Of a stretch of DNA of 64,000 bases, positions 19,336 to 45,854 are shown in pieces (the stretch's first letter is position 1; each line of letters starts with the position of its first letter). The DNA lies in the NCBI RefSeq assembly GCF_011386835.1, contig NC_088792.1, positions 162,750,001 to 162,814,000 on the forward strand, read 5' to 3'. The notes beneath the pieces are model-generated. The model searched no databases and was not told the origin of the DNA. It was given only the letters and a program-made list of their open reading frames with translations. Source of the DNA: Chrysemys picta bellii (taxonomy: Eukaryota). Made by a program: the position numbers and the translations under genes.

Positions 19336-21479
19336 AATGCATGCAAGAGACTTTGAAAAATAAAAGTTAAAGAAATGTGTCATGGCACTGATTGGAGATC
19401 ACTCTCTGAAGTGCTCATTTGCTTTGGGGGTTGCAGGCAGTTGGCATATAGAGCATGGTACCCTGTGAGGCTGCCATGCAGATTGGTTGTATGAACACAA
19501 AGAATCCATGCCATGAGCAAAGTGACTAGCTGAAACCCCCAAATTAAGCTTTGCTATGATCTCCTAAATTGCTTTGGTTTCAAAAGCTTGGGCTGGCAGG
19601 CACCTTTTGAATGAATCCATGCCACCTGCTACATGTACCCACTAGAGATGTGTGCAGATCCCCAGACTGGAACAGGAGGAGGTGCTGAGGATCAGGATTA
19701 ATATGCACTGGCAAAGTTGTGTGGTTGAATCTTCCACTGCACCCTCCTGCTGCTATGCATGACTTTAACCAGTGCTATTCATCACTCACTTTCATGAGCA
19801 CAAAGTTTCCTCACAAATGTAAAAAGCAGCATGCTATAAAGCCAGTCTGCCCACAGCACATCTCTGGGCCACACGTGGTTTTGGTGCGTGCCTAACATGT
19901 CCCACTGATCTATACTGCACACAGGGCTGCAACCCTTTCATGTGGCCCTCTGTGTAACTTAGAGAATTTTTTCACTTCAAGGTCCCAGAAGCAAAGGCAA
20001 GGTTTTCATCCCGAGGCCAAAAGACCAAAAACATCAAGACACTTGATCACGGCCTTGGATAGACCAAGAGACTACTAACACTTGGACCACAGCAGCTGGT
20101 ATGCAGTGAATGGCTTCTCTTTTCTCCTATTGTTACAGTGAGCGAATAGAGACAAAGGCAGGAGGTGGGGACAGGGGACCCAGCACCAAACCAGAAAGAG
20201 CAGAGTGTTCCCCCACAAAAGGGATTGGTGGAATGAGAAATACAATCAGCTGAGCAAGCCAGCAGAATCAGCAGCTGAAGGTACAGTACTGTCTGATGCA
20301 AGAAGGATTAACTGTTCTGGCTCAACTGCAGCAGCGCAGAGCCTCATTTTATAATAAATTGTCAGCCTCCGAGACAAAATGGTTGTTTTCCTTTGCATTG
20401 TGTCCCAGTGGGGTCGATTATTCAGGGCTTTGAGTGTCTTGATTTGAATATGTGATCACTAGGTTGTGCTTACAGCCAGGCAATGTGTAAACAACCTTTT
20501 TGTATTCTCAGACTGGCCCGCTCCCTCTAACTGGATATGTGTGGTACAAGAGAGGGACAAATTACATTTCATGTGGAAACCACAGTATTTGAATGTTGTG
20601 ATGTTTGGCTGTTAGTTTAGAATTTGCATTTAGTAAGAGTGTGTTTTGCTGCTATGTACTAGCCAGAGCAGTTTAACCATTGACATTTACAAATAAAACT
20701 AGGGCAGCTTTACAGTATGTAAAAATGAAAATATACAGACTCTCCCACCTCAGCCCCAAGAAAGTCATTTTTCCCCAAAACTGTGTTTAAACGATTGGAT
20801 AGCTGAGATAGAAGTTTCATGCCAGCTGATATGAAATGGAACAGCTGGGAAATACATTTATATTATAATTTTTATAATGGTCTTCTATACACAGGCCAGA
20901 AATTCTGCAATGTGTATTTTACTCTCTTTTTCTCCAGGTGTTTTGAGCTGGGTGCTGGCCAAGGGTTGGTGGAGTAGATATTTATTTATGTATGCAATCC
21001 TTGATATTTTATTTTGTATATTTTATTTTATAGGATGAGTGCACAAAGCATAGGAAAGGCATTTAAAATGTTTATATATAGGAATAAATGAAATACATAT
21101 TTTATCTAGTTAAATCAAGGTATTCCTAGTATCTGTATCATCCTCCCTGACCTCAGCTGTATTAACATTCACAGTCTGATCCAGCAGTGCTGTATGCTCA
21201 CTCGTGTGTGCACGCACGCACATCCTCCTGGCTTTATGTCTCTCTCAGCTGTGTTTAATCAAGAGTGACACTTACATGAAATCCTGCTGGGGACCAGGAC
21301 CTTCCTCCTCTTCCTCCAGCTTTCTATGGACCCTTCTCCATGAGCTCTTGCAAACAGCAGCCTGGTGCTATCACAGCAGTAGATTAGACAGCAGAACAGA
21401 TCCTGCGTGTCCCTACTCTGTACCCACTGCTTCTCTCTAGTCCCCCTTCTCTAATCTCTCCTCCCCTGACCCCTCTAGC

Positions 21480-21960
21480 CCCCTACCCAGCTGTCCCGTT
21501 TCCCCTCCCCCCGCTCATGGATATTAAAGGCGACTAGAGGGCAGAGCTGGCTCCGTGAGGGGCAACTCCCACCCTGAAAAAATGCATCCTTGGGGCCAAC
21601 CCAAGCACAGCCGAAGGGCAGAGAGACAGGGCCAGGCCCCAGGGCTGTGTCGGGGGCACTGAGCACCCCCTCTAATCTCCCCCTCTTCTCTTTTGGGGCC
21701 TGCCCCCCTTGGGGGCCTGCCTCCCAGCCCCGCCCCCTCGGGCCTAGTCCCCCCTGGGGCCTGCTCCCCCCTCCCCGCGCCCGAGGAGGAGCCAGGCCAG
21801 GCCCCGCCCCGGGAGGGCGGGCTCACGCCGCCTCCGCTGCGCCGGGGGCTGGTGGGCCCGGGTCGGGGCATCCGCGCACCGCCAGACAGAGCCGCCCGGC
21901 CGGAGGGAGAGACGCTGCGGCCGCGGGGTCAGTGCGAGGAGGGGCCCTGGGTTGAGAGGG
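21480..21960 (+). promoter_or_regulatory. DDHD2: DDHD2 CpG-island promoter and non-coding first exon (donor after 21927)
   Basis: CpG-dense; GC boxes (ccccgccc, gggcgg at ~21705-21825); donor GGG|gtcagt at 21927/21928; nearest CpG island upstream of the DDHD2 ATG. Confidence 0.65.
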
Positions 21961-22460
21961 AGGGGAAACGGGGTCCGGGGGGGGGGGAGTGATGAGGCAG
22001 AGGGGCCTGGGGGGTGATGGAGGGGAAGGGACCTGAGTTGAGACGGGGAACGGAGCCCCGGGGAGTGATGGGAGGGAAGGGCCCTGGAGGGGGGGCGATG
22101 GGGTGTAGCGAGGCCCCGGGGGGAGGGGGCGATGGGGAGTGATGGGGTGTAGCGAGGCTCTGGGGGGGGCGATGGGGTGTAGCGAGGCCCCGGGGGGGGG
22201 TGATGGGGAGCGATGGGGTGTAGCGAGGCCCTGGGGGGGGGCGATGGGGTGTAGCGAGGCCCCGGGGGCGAGGGCCATGGGGGGGGAGTGAGGCCCGGGG
22301 AGAGAGGGGAGTGATGGGGGGGCGATGGGGAATGATGGGGGGAAGAGCCCTGGAGGGAGGGGGAGGGGCCCGGGGGAGTAGGGCCCCGGGGGGGCAATGA
22401 GGAGTGATGGGGGGAAGGGCCCTGGAGGAGGTGGGGGGAGCATGGCCCCGGGGGGAAGGG
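21960..22460. repeat. G-rich minisatellite (gggcgatggggtgtagcgaggccc-type units)
   Basis: About five copies of gatggggtgtagcgaggc between ~22095 and 22260 within a strongly G-skewed tract. Confidence 0.85.
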
Positions 22461-22544
22461 GAATGTCTGGTGGAAATGGATAGCATCAGCAGAGAGAGAT
22501 GGAGAAAAAGGGGGCAGTAGTTGCCCAGGTGCCTGAGGAGTTTA

Positions 22545-22715
22545 ATAAGAATGGCCAGACCCAAGGTTCCTCTAGCCTAGTATCCTCTCCTCTGACAGTG
22601 ATCAATGCCAGGTGCCCCAGAGGTAATGAACAGACAGGTTATCATCAAGTGATCCATCCCCTGTCACCCATTCCCCGCTTCTGGCAAACAGAGGCTAGGG
22701 ACACCATCCCTGCCC
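22545..22715 (-). mobile_element. CR1 3'UTR fragment
   Basis: Reverse complement resembles 25700-25880. Confidence 0.7.
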
Positions 22716-22929
22716 AGCTCTGGGTGCCAGTTCTCCATTGTTGTACAGATTTGCTTTGTATGAGTGTGGTGTTTCCCTCTACACTCTCCTCCCACCCATA
22801 CCCACACCTGTGTGGGAAGGAAGTGGGGACCTTTCACATGGGCCCTCTTTTCTGCTGGGCACCGTTGGAGTTGTTGAAATGTGGGAAACTGATTTATATG
22901 GGACTTGTTGTGGTCTGATGTTAGAGGTT

Positions 22930-25900
22930 GGGGTGAGTGAGGTGGTTGCCCTAGGCCCTGGGGAGTTTGGCTGATGGATCTTGCCCACATGTTCAGGGTC
23001 TAACTGATCACCATATTTTTGGTCAGGGAGGGATTTTCCCCTGGGGTCAGATTGGCAGAGATTTGGGGGATAGGGACTATGCCTTCCTCTGCAGCGTGGG
23101 GCAGAGGTCACTTGCTGGTTTGAACTAGAGTAAATGGTGGATTCTCTGTAACTTGAAGTCTTTAAATCACAATTCAAGGACTTCAGTAATTCAGGCAGAG
23201 GTGACCAGGACGGTGATAGTGATGATGAAATGCTAAGGGAAATTAGAGAGGCTATCAAAGTTAAGAACTCAATAATAGTGGGGGATTTCAATTATCCCCA
23301 TATTGACTGGGAACATTTCACTTCAGGATGAAATGCAGAGATAAAATTTCTCGATACTTTAAATGACTGCTTCATGGAGCAGTTGGTACGGGAACCCACA
23401 AGGGGAGAGGCAACTCTAGATTTAGTCCTGAGTGGAGCGCAGGATCTGGTCCAAGAGGTAACTATAGCAGGACCGCTTGGAAATAGTGACCATAATACAA
23501 TAGCGTTCAACATCCCTGTAGTGGGAAGACCATCTCAACAGCCCAACACTGTGACATTTAATTTCAAAAGGGGGAACTATGCAAAAATGAGGGGGTTAGT
23601 TAAACAGAAGTTAAAAGGTACAGTGACTAAAGTGAAATCCCTGCAAGCTGCATGGGCGCTTTTTAAAGACACCATAATAGAGGCCCAACTTCAATGTATA
23701 CCCCAAATTAAGAAACACAGTAAAAGAACTAAAAAAGAGCCACCGTGGCTTAACAACCATGTAAAAGAAGCAGTGAGAGATAAAAAGACTTCCTTTAAAA
23801 AGTGGAAGTCAAATCCTAGTGAGGCAAATAGAAAGGAGCATAAACGCTGCCAAATTAAGTGCAAGAATGTAATAAGAAAAGCCAAAGAGGAGTTTGAAGA
23901 ACGGCTAGCCAAAAACTCCAAAGGTAATAACAAAATGTTTTTTAAGTACATCAGAAGCAGGAAGCCTGCTAAACAACCAGTGGGGCCCCTTGATGATCGA
24001 GATACAAAAGGAGCGCTTAAAGACGATAAAGTCATTGCGGAGAAACTAATTGGATTCTTTGCTTCAATCTTCACGGCTGAGGATGTTAGGGAGATTCCCA
24101 AACCTGAGCTGGCTTTTGTAGGTGACAAATCTGCGGAACTGTCACAGATTGAAGTGTCACGAGAGGAGGTTTTGGAATTAATTGATAAACTTAACATTAA
24201 CAAGTCACCGGGACCAAATGACATTCACCCAAGAGTTCTGAAAGAACTCAAATGTGAAGTTGAGGAACTGTTAACTAAGGTTTGTAACCTGTCCTTTAAA
24301 TCGGCTTCTGTACCCAATGACTGGAAGTTAGCTAATGTAACGCCAATATTTAAAAAGGGCTCTAGAGGTGATCCCGGCAATTACAGACCAGTAAGTCTAA
24401 CGTCTGTACCGGGCAAATTAGTCGAAACAATAGTTAAGAATAAAATTGTCCGACACATAGAAAAACATAAACTGTTGAGCAATAGTCAACATGGCTTCTG
24501 TAAAGGAAAATCGTGTCTTACTAATCTATTAGAATTCTTTGAAGGGGTCAACAAACATGTGGACAAGGGGGATCCAGTGGACATAGTGTACTTAGATTTC
24601 CAGAAAGCCTTTGACAAGGTCCCTCACCAAAGGCTCTTATGTAAATTAAGCTGCCATGGGATAAAAGGGAAGGTCCTTTCATGGATTGAGAACTGGTTAA
24701 AAGACAGGGAACAAAGGGTAGGAATAAATGGTAAATTCTCAGAATGGAGAGGGGTAACTAGTGGTGTTCCCCAAGGGTCAGTCCTCGGACCGATCCTATT
24801 CAACTTATTCATAAATGATCTGGAGGAAAGGGGTAAACAGTGAGGTGGCAAAGTTTGCAGATGATACTAAACTGCTCAAGACAGTTAAGTCCAAAGCAGA
24901 CTGTGAAGAACTTCAAAAAGATCTCACAAAACTAAGTGATTGGGCAACAGAATGGCAAATGAAATTTAATGTGGATAAATGTAAAGTAATGCACATTGGA
25001 AAAAATAACCCCAACTAAACATACAATAGTTGGGGCTAATTTAGCTACAACGATGGGGGCTAATTTAGCTACAACAAGTCAGGAAAAAGATCTTTGAGTC
25101 ATCGTGGATAGTTCTCTGAAAATGTCCACGCAGTGTGCAGAGGCGGTCAAAAAAGCAAACAGGATGTTAGGAATCATTAAAAAGGGGATAGAGAATAAGA
25201 CTGAGAATATATTATTGCCCTTATATAAATCGATGGTATGCCCTCATCTCGAATACTGCCTACAGATGTGGTCTCCTCATCTCAAAAAAGATATACTGGC
25301 ACTAGAAAAGGTTCAGAAAAGGGCAACTAAAATGATTAAGGGTTTGGAACGAGTCCCATATGAGGAGAGATTAAAGAGGCTAGGACTCTTCAGCTTGGAA
25401 AAGAGGAGACTAAGGAGGGATATGATAGAGGTATATAAAATAATGAGTGATGTGGAGAAAGTGGATAAGGAAAAGTTATTTACTTATTCCCATAATACAA
25501 GAACTAGGGGTCATCAAATGAAATTAATAGGCAGCAGGTTTAAAACAAATAAAAGGAAGTTCTTCTTCACGCAGCGCACAGTCAACTTGTGGAACTCCTT
25601 ACCTGAGAAGGTTGTGAAGGCTAGGACTATAACAGAGTTTAAAAGAGAACTGGATAAATTCATGGTGGTTAAGTCCATTAATGGCTATTAGCCAGGATGG
25701 GTAAGGAATGGTGTCCCTAACCTCTGTCTGTCAGAGGATGGAGATGGAGGGCAGGAGAGAGATCACTTGATCATTGCCTATTAAGTTCACTCCCTCTGGG
25801 GCACCTGGCATTGGCCACTGTCGGTAGACAGGATACTGGGCTAGATGGACCTTTGGTCTGACCCGGTACGGCCTTTCTTATGTTCTTATGGGCCTACTGC

Positions 25901-25995
25901 AGGAATGGGTAGGTGAGGTTCTGTGGCCTGCAATGTGTAGGAGGTCAGACTAGAAGATGATCATGAATGGTCCCTTCTTTCCTTAAGGTCCGTGA
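22930..25995 (+). mobile_element. Older CR1 3'UTR split by a younger CR1 insertion
   Basis: ..cttcagtaattcaggcagagg (to 23201) continues as ggcctactgcaggaatgggtaggtgaggttctgtggcctgc..gatcatgaatggtcc after 25890. Confidence 0.7.
23202..25890 (+). mobile_element. Young 5'-truncated CR1 LINE (ORF2 endonuclease end + reverse transcriptase + 3'UTR), inactivated
   Basis: Peptides [61 protein letters not shown]. Lesions: TGA near 23328, frameshift at ~24826, TAA at 25016, 20-bp duplication at ~25032-25075. Tail (TTCTTATG)2 ends at 25890. Confidence 0.95.
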
Positions 25996-27154
25996 GAACA
26001 TCCATCAGGAGACCAGAATCCTAACTCCAACTCTGTCACTGACTTGCTGTGTAGTTTTGAACACCTCATTTAACCTCTGTCTCTCTGTTTTCACATCTTT
26101 AAAATGTGCCTAGCATTTAATTACCTTCTAGGGTGCTGCAAGAACAAGCCAACTGTTTGTAAATGCCTTTGAGATTCTCAAGTGGAAGAGGTTATAGAAA
26201 GTTAAAGGAAATACACTTTGGAAGTAAAGAAAATGAGCAATCAGATAAGAACAGTTAATTCTGGGGTACAGGCAGACATTTGTTCTGGGCCCCTTTCCTA
26301 TCACTATCAATATCCTTATGTTTCCTGTGCTCCAGTGTAACATAAGTTTCCTGACTAATTTCTTTCTACTTCAATTACCACTGTTGTAATCATGCTTTTT
26401 GTTAAGTTAAAATAGGTGTTTCCGTGTATTTGGAAGTGCAAGTAGAATAAAATTGGGAAGGATAGGTGGATTTTCAGGTATATGAGACTTTTGCTATAGC
26501 AGCAGACAAGTTTTCCCCTTTGGATTTCGCATACTGTCAAATCCCGAAATGTTTAGTGGAGTTTTCTTTCACTATCTTTCTAAAATAGAAAACTCAAGCA
26601 GCACAAGTATCAGAAATCAGGGATGTGTGAAGCACAACTGAACCGTAGTGACAAATCCTAAAGCATTAACTCCAGCTCATTGTAAAATGTCTTTGTCTAG
26701 GCATGACTCCTGAGCGTTTGTTCTGGTTGTTTTTCATCAGACACTTGATTGCATTTGCTATTTTCTAACAGGTTCTCTTATTGTTTCTGCAGCTATTTTA
26801 TTCCAAAGCCACTGTGGAATCCTCATCTTTCAGACTTTCCGTGGTGGAGTCGGTTGAGCCAAAATTGTATCAGACTTATCTGTTCTGGGGCTTGTCATCT
26901 CTGTCTGACAGATACATTTTGGATTACGACAATAATAAGTTTGTAACAAGTAAGTTATCTCTGCAGCTGGCGGTCTCTCATTTGTAGAAGTTTGCCATTC
27001 AGTCTGCCTTATTGTCACAGAAATATGCAGTTCTTGGGAGGGCCACGCTTATGTGTATTTGTCCTTCCGGTGTTAATAAATAACTGAAGACATTTTAAAA
27101 ATAAAAATTCAGTGTTTATTCTGTCTCCGTCTGTTTGTTCGTTTAGACGGTGCA

Positions 27155-40809
<13,655 letters not shown>

Positions 40810-41339
40810 AGTCAGATGACCAGCTGCACTGATTTGGCACCATGATGTAAGTTACCTTGTCTTTCTGAGACACCTCACGGTGAAACTGACAGCTGTTAAC
40901 ATGCTTACTGTGAAATAACTTCTTGCTTCATTTGGGGATGGGTGTTAAGGACGTAGCTGTCTCACCTAGGAGCATTCCATTTTATAGCACTGTGCCTTAG
41001 ACAAGTCCAATGCTACTGTCTGTCAGGTTATGAATGTTCCCAAGGGCTGCAACTACAACTGAAGAAACTTTTAAAATCTAACTCCTTAGCATTCATGCTC
41101 TTCACTGTGCTTGGGCAGTGAGAAAGCTGAGTAACTTGTGCTTTAATGGAGTCATTCAGCCGAGAGGCCCAGGGATTCTCCCATGTGTTCAATCTCACTG
41201 GCTCTGGTCAGTGTCAATTTCATAGCTTAAAGCCAGAAGGTCCCACCTCCTCCAAATCACAGCTCAGAGCATTTCATTCAGTGATTCCTGCATTAAGACC
41301 CATAACTTGTGGCTAAGCTAGAGGATGTCTTTATAAAAA

Positions 41340-41765
41340 GATACAAGCTTGATTGAAAGACTCCAAGTGATGGAGGCTCTATCACCTTCTTTGGGAAGCT
41401 GTTCCAGTCCATGAACCCTCACTCTTTAAAAAATAAATAAATGGGCCTTCTGTTTAGAATTTGTCCAGCTTTTACTCCCAGCCAATGGATCTGGTTATGC
41501 TTACTCTGCTAGTTTAAAGAGCCCTCTAGTATCCACTGTCTCCTCCCCAGGAAGGTACTTGTGACTTGATCACAGTCTACCTCTTAACCTTTTCTTTGAT
41601 TAAACTACATTGAGATGTTTTCCAGTCATTGAATCATTCATAGAGCTCTTCTCTGAACACTCCCAATTTTTCAACATCCTTTTTTAAAGTGGGGAAACCA
41701 GGCTAGAAAGAATATCCAGTAATGGTCTCACCAGTGCCATACAGAGAGAAAATCATTTCCCTAGG
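41340..41765 (-). mobile_element. Degenerate CR1 fragment
   Basis: Reverse complement resembles the CR1 ORF2 3' end (ggaacagcttcccaaagaaggtgatagagcctccatcacttggagtc). Confidence 0.6.
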
Positions 41766-42718
41766 AATAGACCCCAAGGTGTTAAGAGAATGAATCCGGA
41801 CTTTTTCTCTGCCCAATCGTGCTCTCTTTCCTCAGCCTCTAGAACTTCATTATTTACTCAGGAAGGTGTTTAAGTGAACTTGGTACTGGATGAACACTAC
41901 TGGAGACACAAATCCTGTGTTAGAACCCCGACTAGGCTGGCACAGCTAATGGCACTTGGTGATGAGACTTGTGTGCATTAGGAAATGGCCTGAGGTGTGC
42001 TACTGGCTTACGTGGGGGTGAACTCATTTACATGGAAAATCCCCTTGTGCGTTCAGGCTTTAATGCTGCATAAACCCTGTTTCCTTGTAAGCTGTGTGCC
42101 CTTTCCTGTTGCTTCCCTAGATGCACACCAAGTGACTACTAACCTGGAAAGCCCGGAGTTTCCTCTGCCTTCCTATCCTCTGCTGCTACTGTATCCTGCA
42201 TGCTGCTTCCCACGTACCTGCTGCTGCCTGGAGCACTGGGAGATTTTTCTCATTTTTTGGGGGGGAAATCAAGGCAACACACTCTTCTCCTAAAATACCC
42301 ACTATGGATTTGTCCCTGTACCCATTGACACACCCATGGGATCATTCACTCCAACACCATTCCCCTTGGTGTCCACCCACAGTGTGGTCTCACTGTATTA
42401 GGGAAAAAAGTGTTTGCTATGGAAGCAGGTGGGAATTGGTCTCCTAAGCTCCTTGCTTTATACCAGCTGAAGTCAGGACAGGTGTTCGCACCAGATCATG
42501 AAGATGTCTGGTTGCTGCTTATTTACTATTAACAGAACTAACTCAAGGCTTAGGAATAAACCCAAGTATGGCTTCATGTCAGAGTTCAGGCTGCCTGGCC
42601 CATTGCAGTTTATTTCTAACAGACCCAGAGCCCTGGGCTACTTGAGGCTGGCACATCAATGAAGGGATGAAGCCTGAACCCGCCTGGATTCTAGCTCTAA
42701 TTCCATTCTCCTTCACAG

Positions 42719-43090
42719 GCAAAACCCCTCTGCAGTAGGAGTGGGATCTGTCCAAGGAAGAGGGGCTTAAGCCCTCTAACTGTAGTGTGAGAAGCTGTGC
42801 AATACCTACAGCAGGGGGCTGAGGACAGACCAACTCCATGTCCAGTTCCTTAGCAAAGCATTCAATCTGGATTCAGTCAAGACCTCATTAGAAGAAAAAA
42901 TAGCTGCCCTCAAGCGTGGATGAATAGCTGTGGTGGTAGAGGCTTTCAGTGCGATTCATGGGCCAAACGCTCTCCTTCACCACACCCATTCCACACTGCT
43001 GAGTTCAAAGTGGCTACATTGGTACAACTGAGGGGAGCATCTGGCACCATCAACCAACCTCTACTATGTAAATAAACAGGTGCTGTGACA
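42719..43090 (+). other. DDHD2: Candidate DDHD2 terminal non-coding exon (3'UTR)
   Basis: Donor GAT|gtaagt at 40846/40847; strong acceptor ctctaat..tccattctccttcacag|G at 42718/42719; first AATAAA at 43071. The true 3' end is uncertain. Confidence 0.5.
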
Positions 43091-45854
43091 CTAGATCCAC
43101 GTTCACAAAATGTGGATGACCCTGCTGGTGAACCCATAGCAACCTTTTGTACACAGCCATGTCTTATGCCGTATTAACCAGGAGCTGCTGAACGATTGCG
43201 GTTAGAAGCACTGTAAAGGTAACTTATGGGGCAGAGATACTAAAATGATAAATCCCTTGTAACCAAAGATGTACAGGGTAAACAATGGACTAAACTAACC
43301 CCTTAGCGAGTGGATTCCTTTGAGCAAGGGAGAGCAAATGCTGTGAGGGTGTGTGATAGTGTCTCTGGCCTGGGGTCTGGAAGTGGCCACTCCCACGTTC
43401 CCCCTCCTGCTGTACAGTGCAATAGGCCTTTTCCTAGTGCAATGAGCTTGTTTGTTTTTCTTCTGTGTATTATTTGCACTATTTAAATGCATTTTGTATT
43501 CCCCAACCCTGCCCCCTCCAAAAGAACTAAGAGAAGCTGTATTCACATCTGACTGTGGGCAGTGATGTTCTGCACAGCTAAGCTCCTGGATTCCTATCAC
43601 ATCTCCTGGAGGTATGTAAGAAGGAACTGTTTATAACAGGACACACAGTCATGACCAGCTCTCCAAGTTATGCACTTTGGGTAAAAAATTTAAATGCATT
43701 TAAAATTATTTAATGTCTTTTTCCAGTCAATACAAAAGTAAATCTATGGTTGCAGTGGTTGTGTTTGTGTGAGGGAGAGTTGGGGGGGGGGGGGAGGGAG
43801 TGGAATGTGAGAACCTATTATTTTGGGATCTAACTTCATGGCAAAGTAAAGCTGTTGTCAAAATTCCCAAGAGGAGCCCTTGGCATTTTACAAAAGGCCA
43901 TTGCAGTGGACAAGCATTACAGGAGAAAACAGAACGAAGTAGTAGCACCAACTAGAAGAACCTTTGTTCATAGGCAGGGAGAGCTGCTTATAAAATGAGT
44001 GTATTGCTGTAAGGGTAAGAGTTTTTCAGCAAAGCCCATGATTCAGCCTCTTGTTCGCATCTTGCTTCCTGTGCTTGGGAGAAGAGAACATGAAACAAAG
44101 GAGATGCCCAATTCTAAAAGTGGCAGAGCTCACCTTGTTACTGTCCTTGAGCTTTGTATGAAACAGCCTCAACACTGCCTGCTCACCTCCAGCCAGCAAA
44201 ACAGGTGCTTTTGAAGGTTATCTTAAAGAAATTACTGCTACTTTCTTTTATGGGTAGATTTGGGAGAGCTGTAACCCTCAACAGTAGAACAAACCAAACC
44301 CTGTGACAGAATACACTTGCTTTACCAGTCACCCTTTCAACAACTGTGAAGACAAATGTCATTTGCTACTGACTGTCATCTCTCATTGTTATTAGTGTAC
44401 ACTGAGGAGGGAGGAAACAAACCTTGCCTAGAATTGCTAATAATGGACAGACAAAACTGACTTACTTTATATAAAATGAGCCAGCTACATAAAGACAGAT
44501 GATGATCTTTAGTGCCAAAAAGTATTAGAACTCGTTTCACTGAATTTAAACCAGCTTTTTATTTGACATTTAAAAACCCAGTAAATGACATAATTCAGGT
44601 ACATGCTGCTTTTCCTCCCCCAAAAACCACACCAAGGCTGAGCTCTTGCTCTTGCATACTCTGAACTAGTTTAGGTGTGATTAACAGGATGTACTTCACA
44701 GGCCTTAGCTTGGCACAGTCAACAGTTCCAGTACATTTGAAATTAACATATTTCCTATGAAACAAATGCAAATTGCTAAGTTGGTCCACAGGGAAACATC
44801 CTACATCCTTTAACAGTTACAGACAGAGCAACACATCCTCCCTCCAAAGCAGTGAGCCCATGGACTGTGCTGTACAAACAGATGCCATCTCACTGCCCTG
44901 CTGCTTCTAGGTTGAAATTGAATATAAACACCACAGCATCTCCCCACCCAGCTTAGCTTTAATTCTTAACAGTGGGACGATGAGTGACAGCCCCTTAGGG
45001 TATTAGGTAGTCATGCCCATCAGATGGCTCCCTAGCACTACAGTGCTGATCATGGCCTTTCCTTGGGAGGATGTGGGAACACAAGATCTGATTAAAACCG
45101 AGCAGGGTGATGAGAACACAGCCCAGCTATCCTCAGGTGTGAGTTGGGGCAGGATTCTGGAAGCAAATGGGCTGAAAGCGCTCTGTGCAGTGTCCAACAA
45201 TATGGCATGGAGAGATTCCAAAGCCAGCCAGGGTGCCATGCCAGGACATCAGCCCAGCATCTGTTTGGTTGGACCCGCTGTAGGACAGAGCTTTTTCATC
45301 AAAACTACACCTAGTGTGCCCAGGCTGCGGGAGGTGTTATCTCTAAATGCACACAGTAAATGGTGCGTACTCACGATACAGCACTGACCGGCTCTTCCTC
45401 GGTGCATGCTGTCCTTTCATAAAATGACATTCTCCATTGGAGAGGGCTAACTTCCCCGCACATTACTACATGGCCCCATGCACCTACAGGATTTCCACCA
45501 AGCCGTCCCCACAGAGAGCCAGTTCTTGCTTTAGATGTTGTCGTAGCCAGCCTGCTCCCCTCCCTCCTGCAGGCTGGCATACAGTCACTTACACAGCTTC
45601 CTCCAGGGCTGGCCTGAAAGAGGGGAGTGTCTCACAAATGAGAATGGTACGAGCACAGGCCTGCTGAGCAGGACCACTTACCGCATGTTCAGGGGAGCAA
45701 TTCCTATTCAGCCACATCCTCCTTTGGGTTACTCAGTTACTTCACCAAGTAGGCAGTAAGCGATGGTCCCAAAGCCTGTACCCTTCCCCACCCTGTGGGC
45801 TGAAGAGTGGAAGGAATGATTACCCAGGGGCCAGTCCCAGCAAAGTGGATCCCA

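Noticed and set aside
21475-22564. Pro/Gly-rich ORFs of 100-217 aa
   Set aside because: Products of the CpG island and minisatellite composition.
23374-25691. Functional reverse transcriptase gene
   Set aside because: 5'-truncated CR1 with nonsense codons, a frameshift and a duplication.
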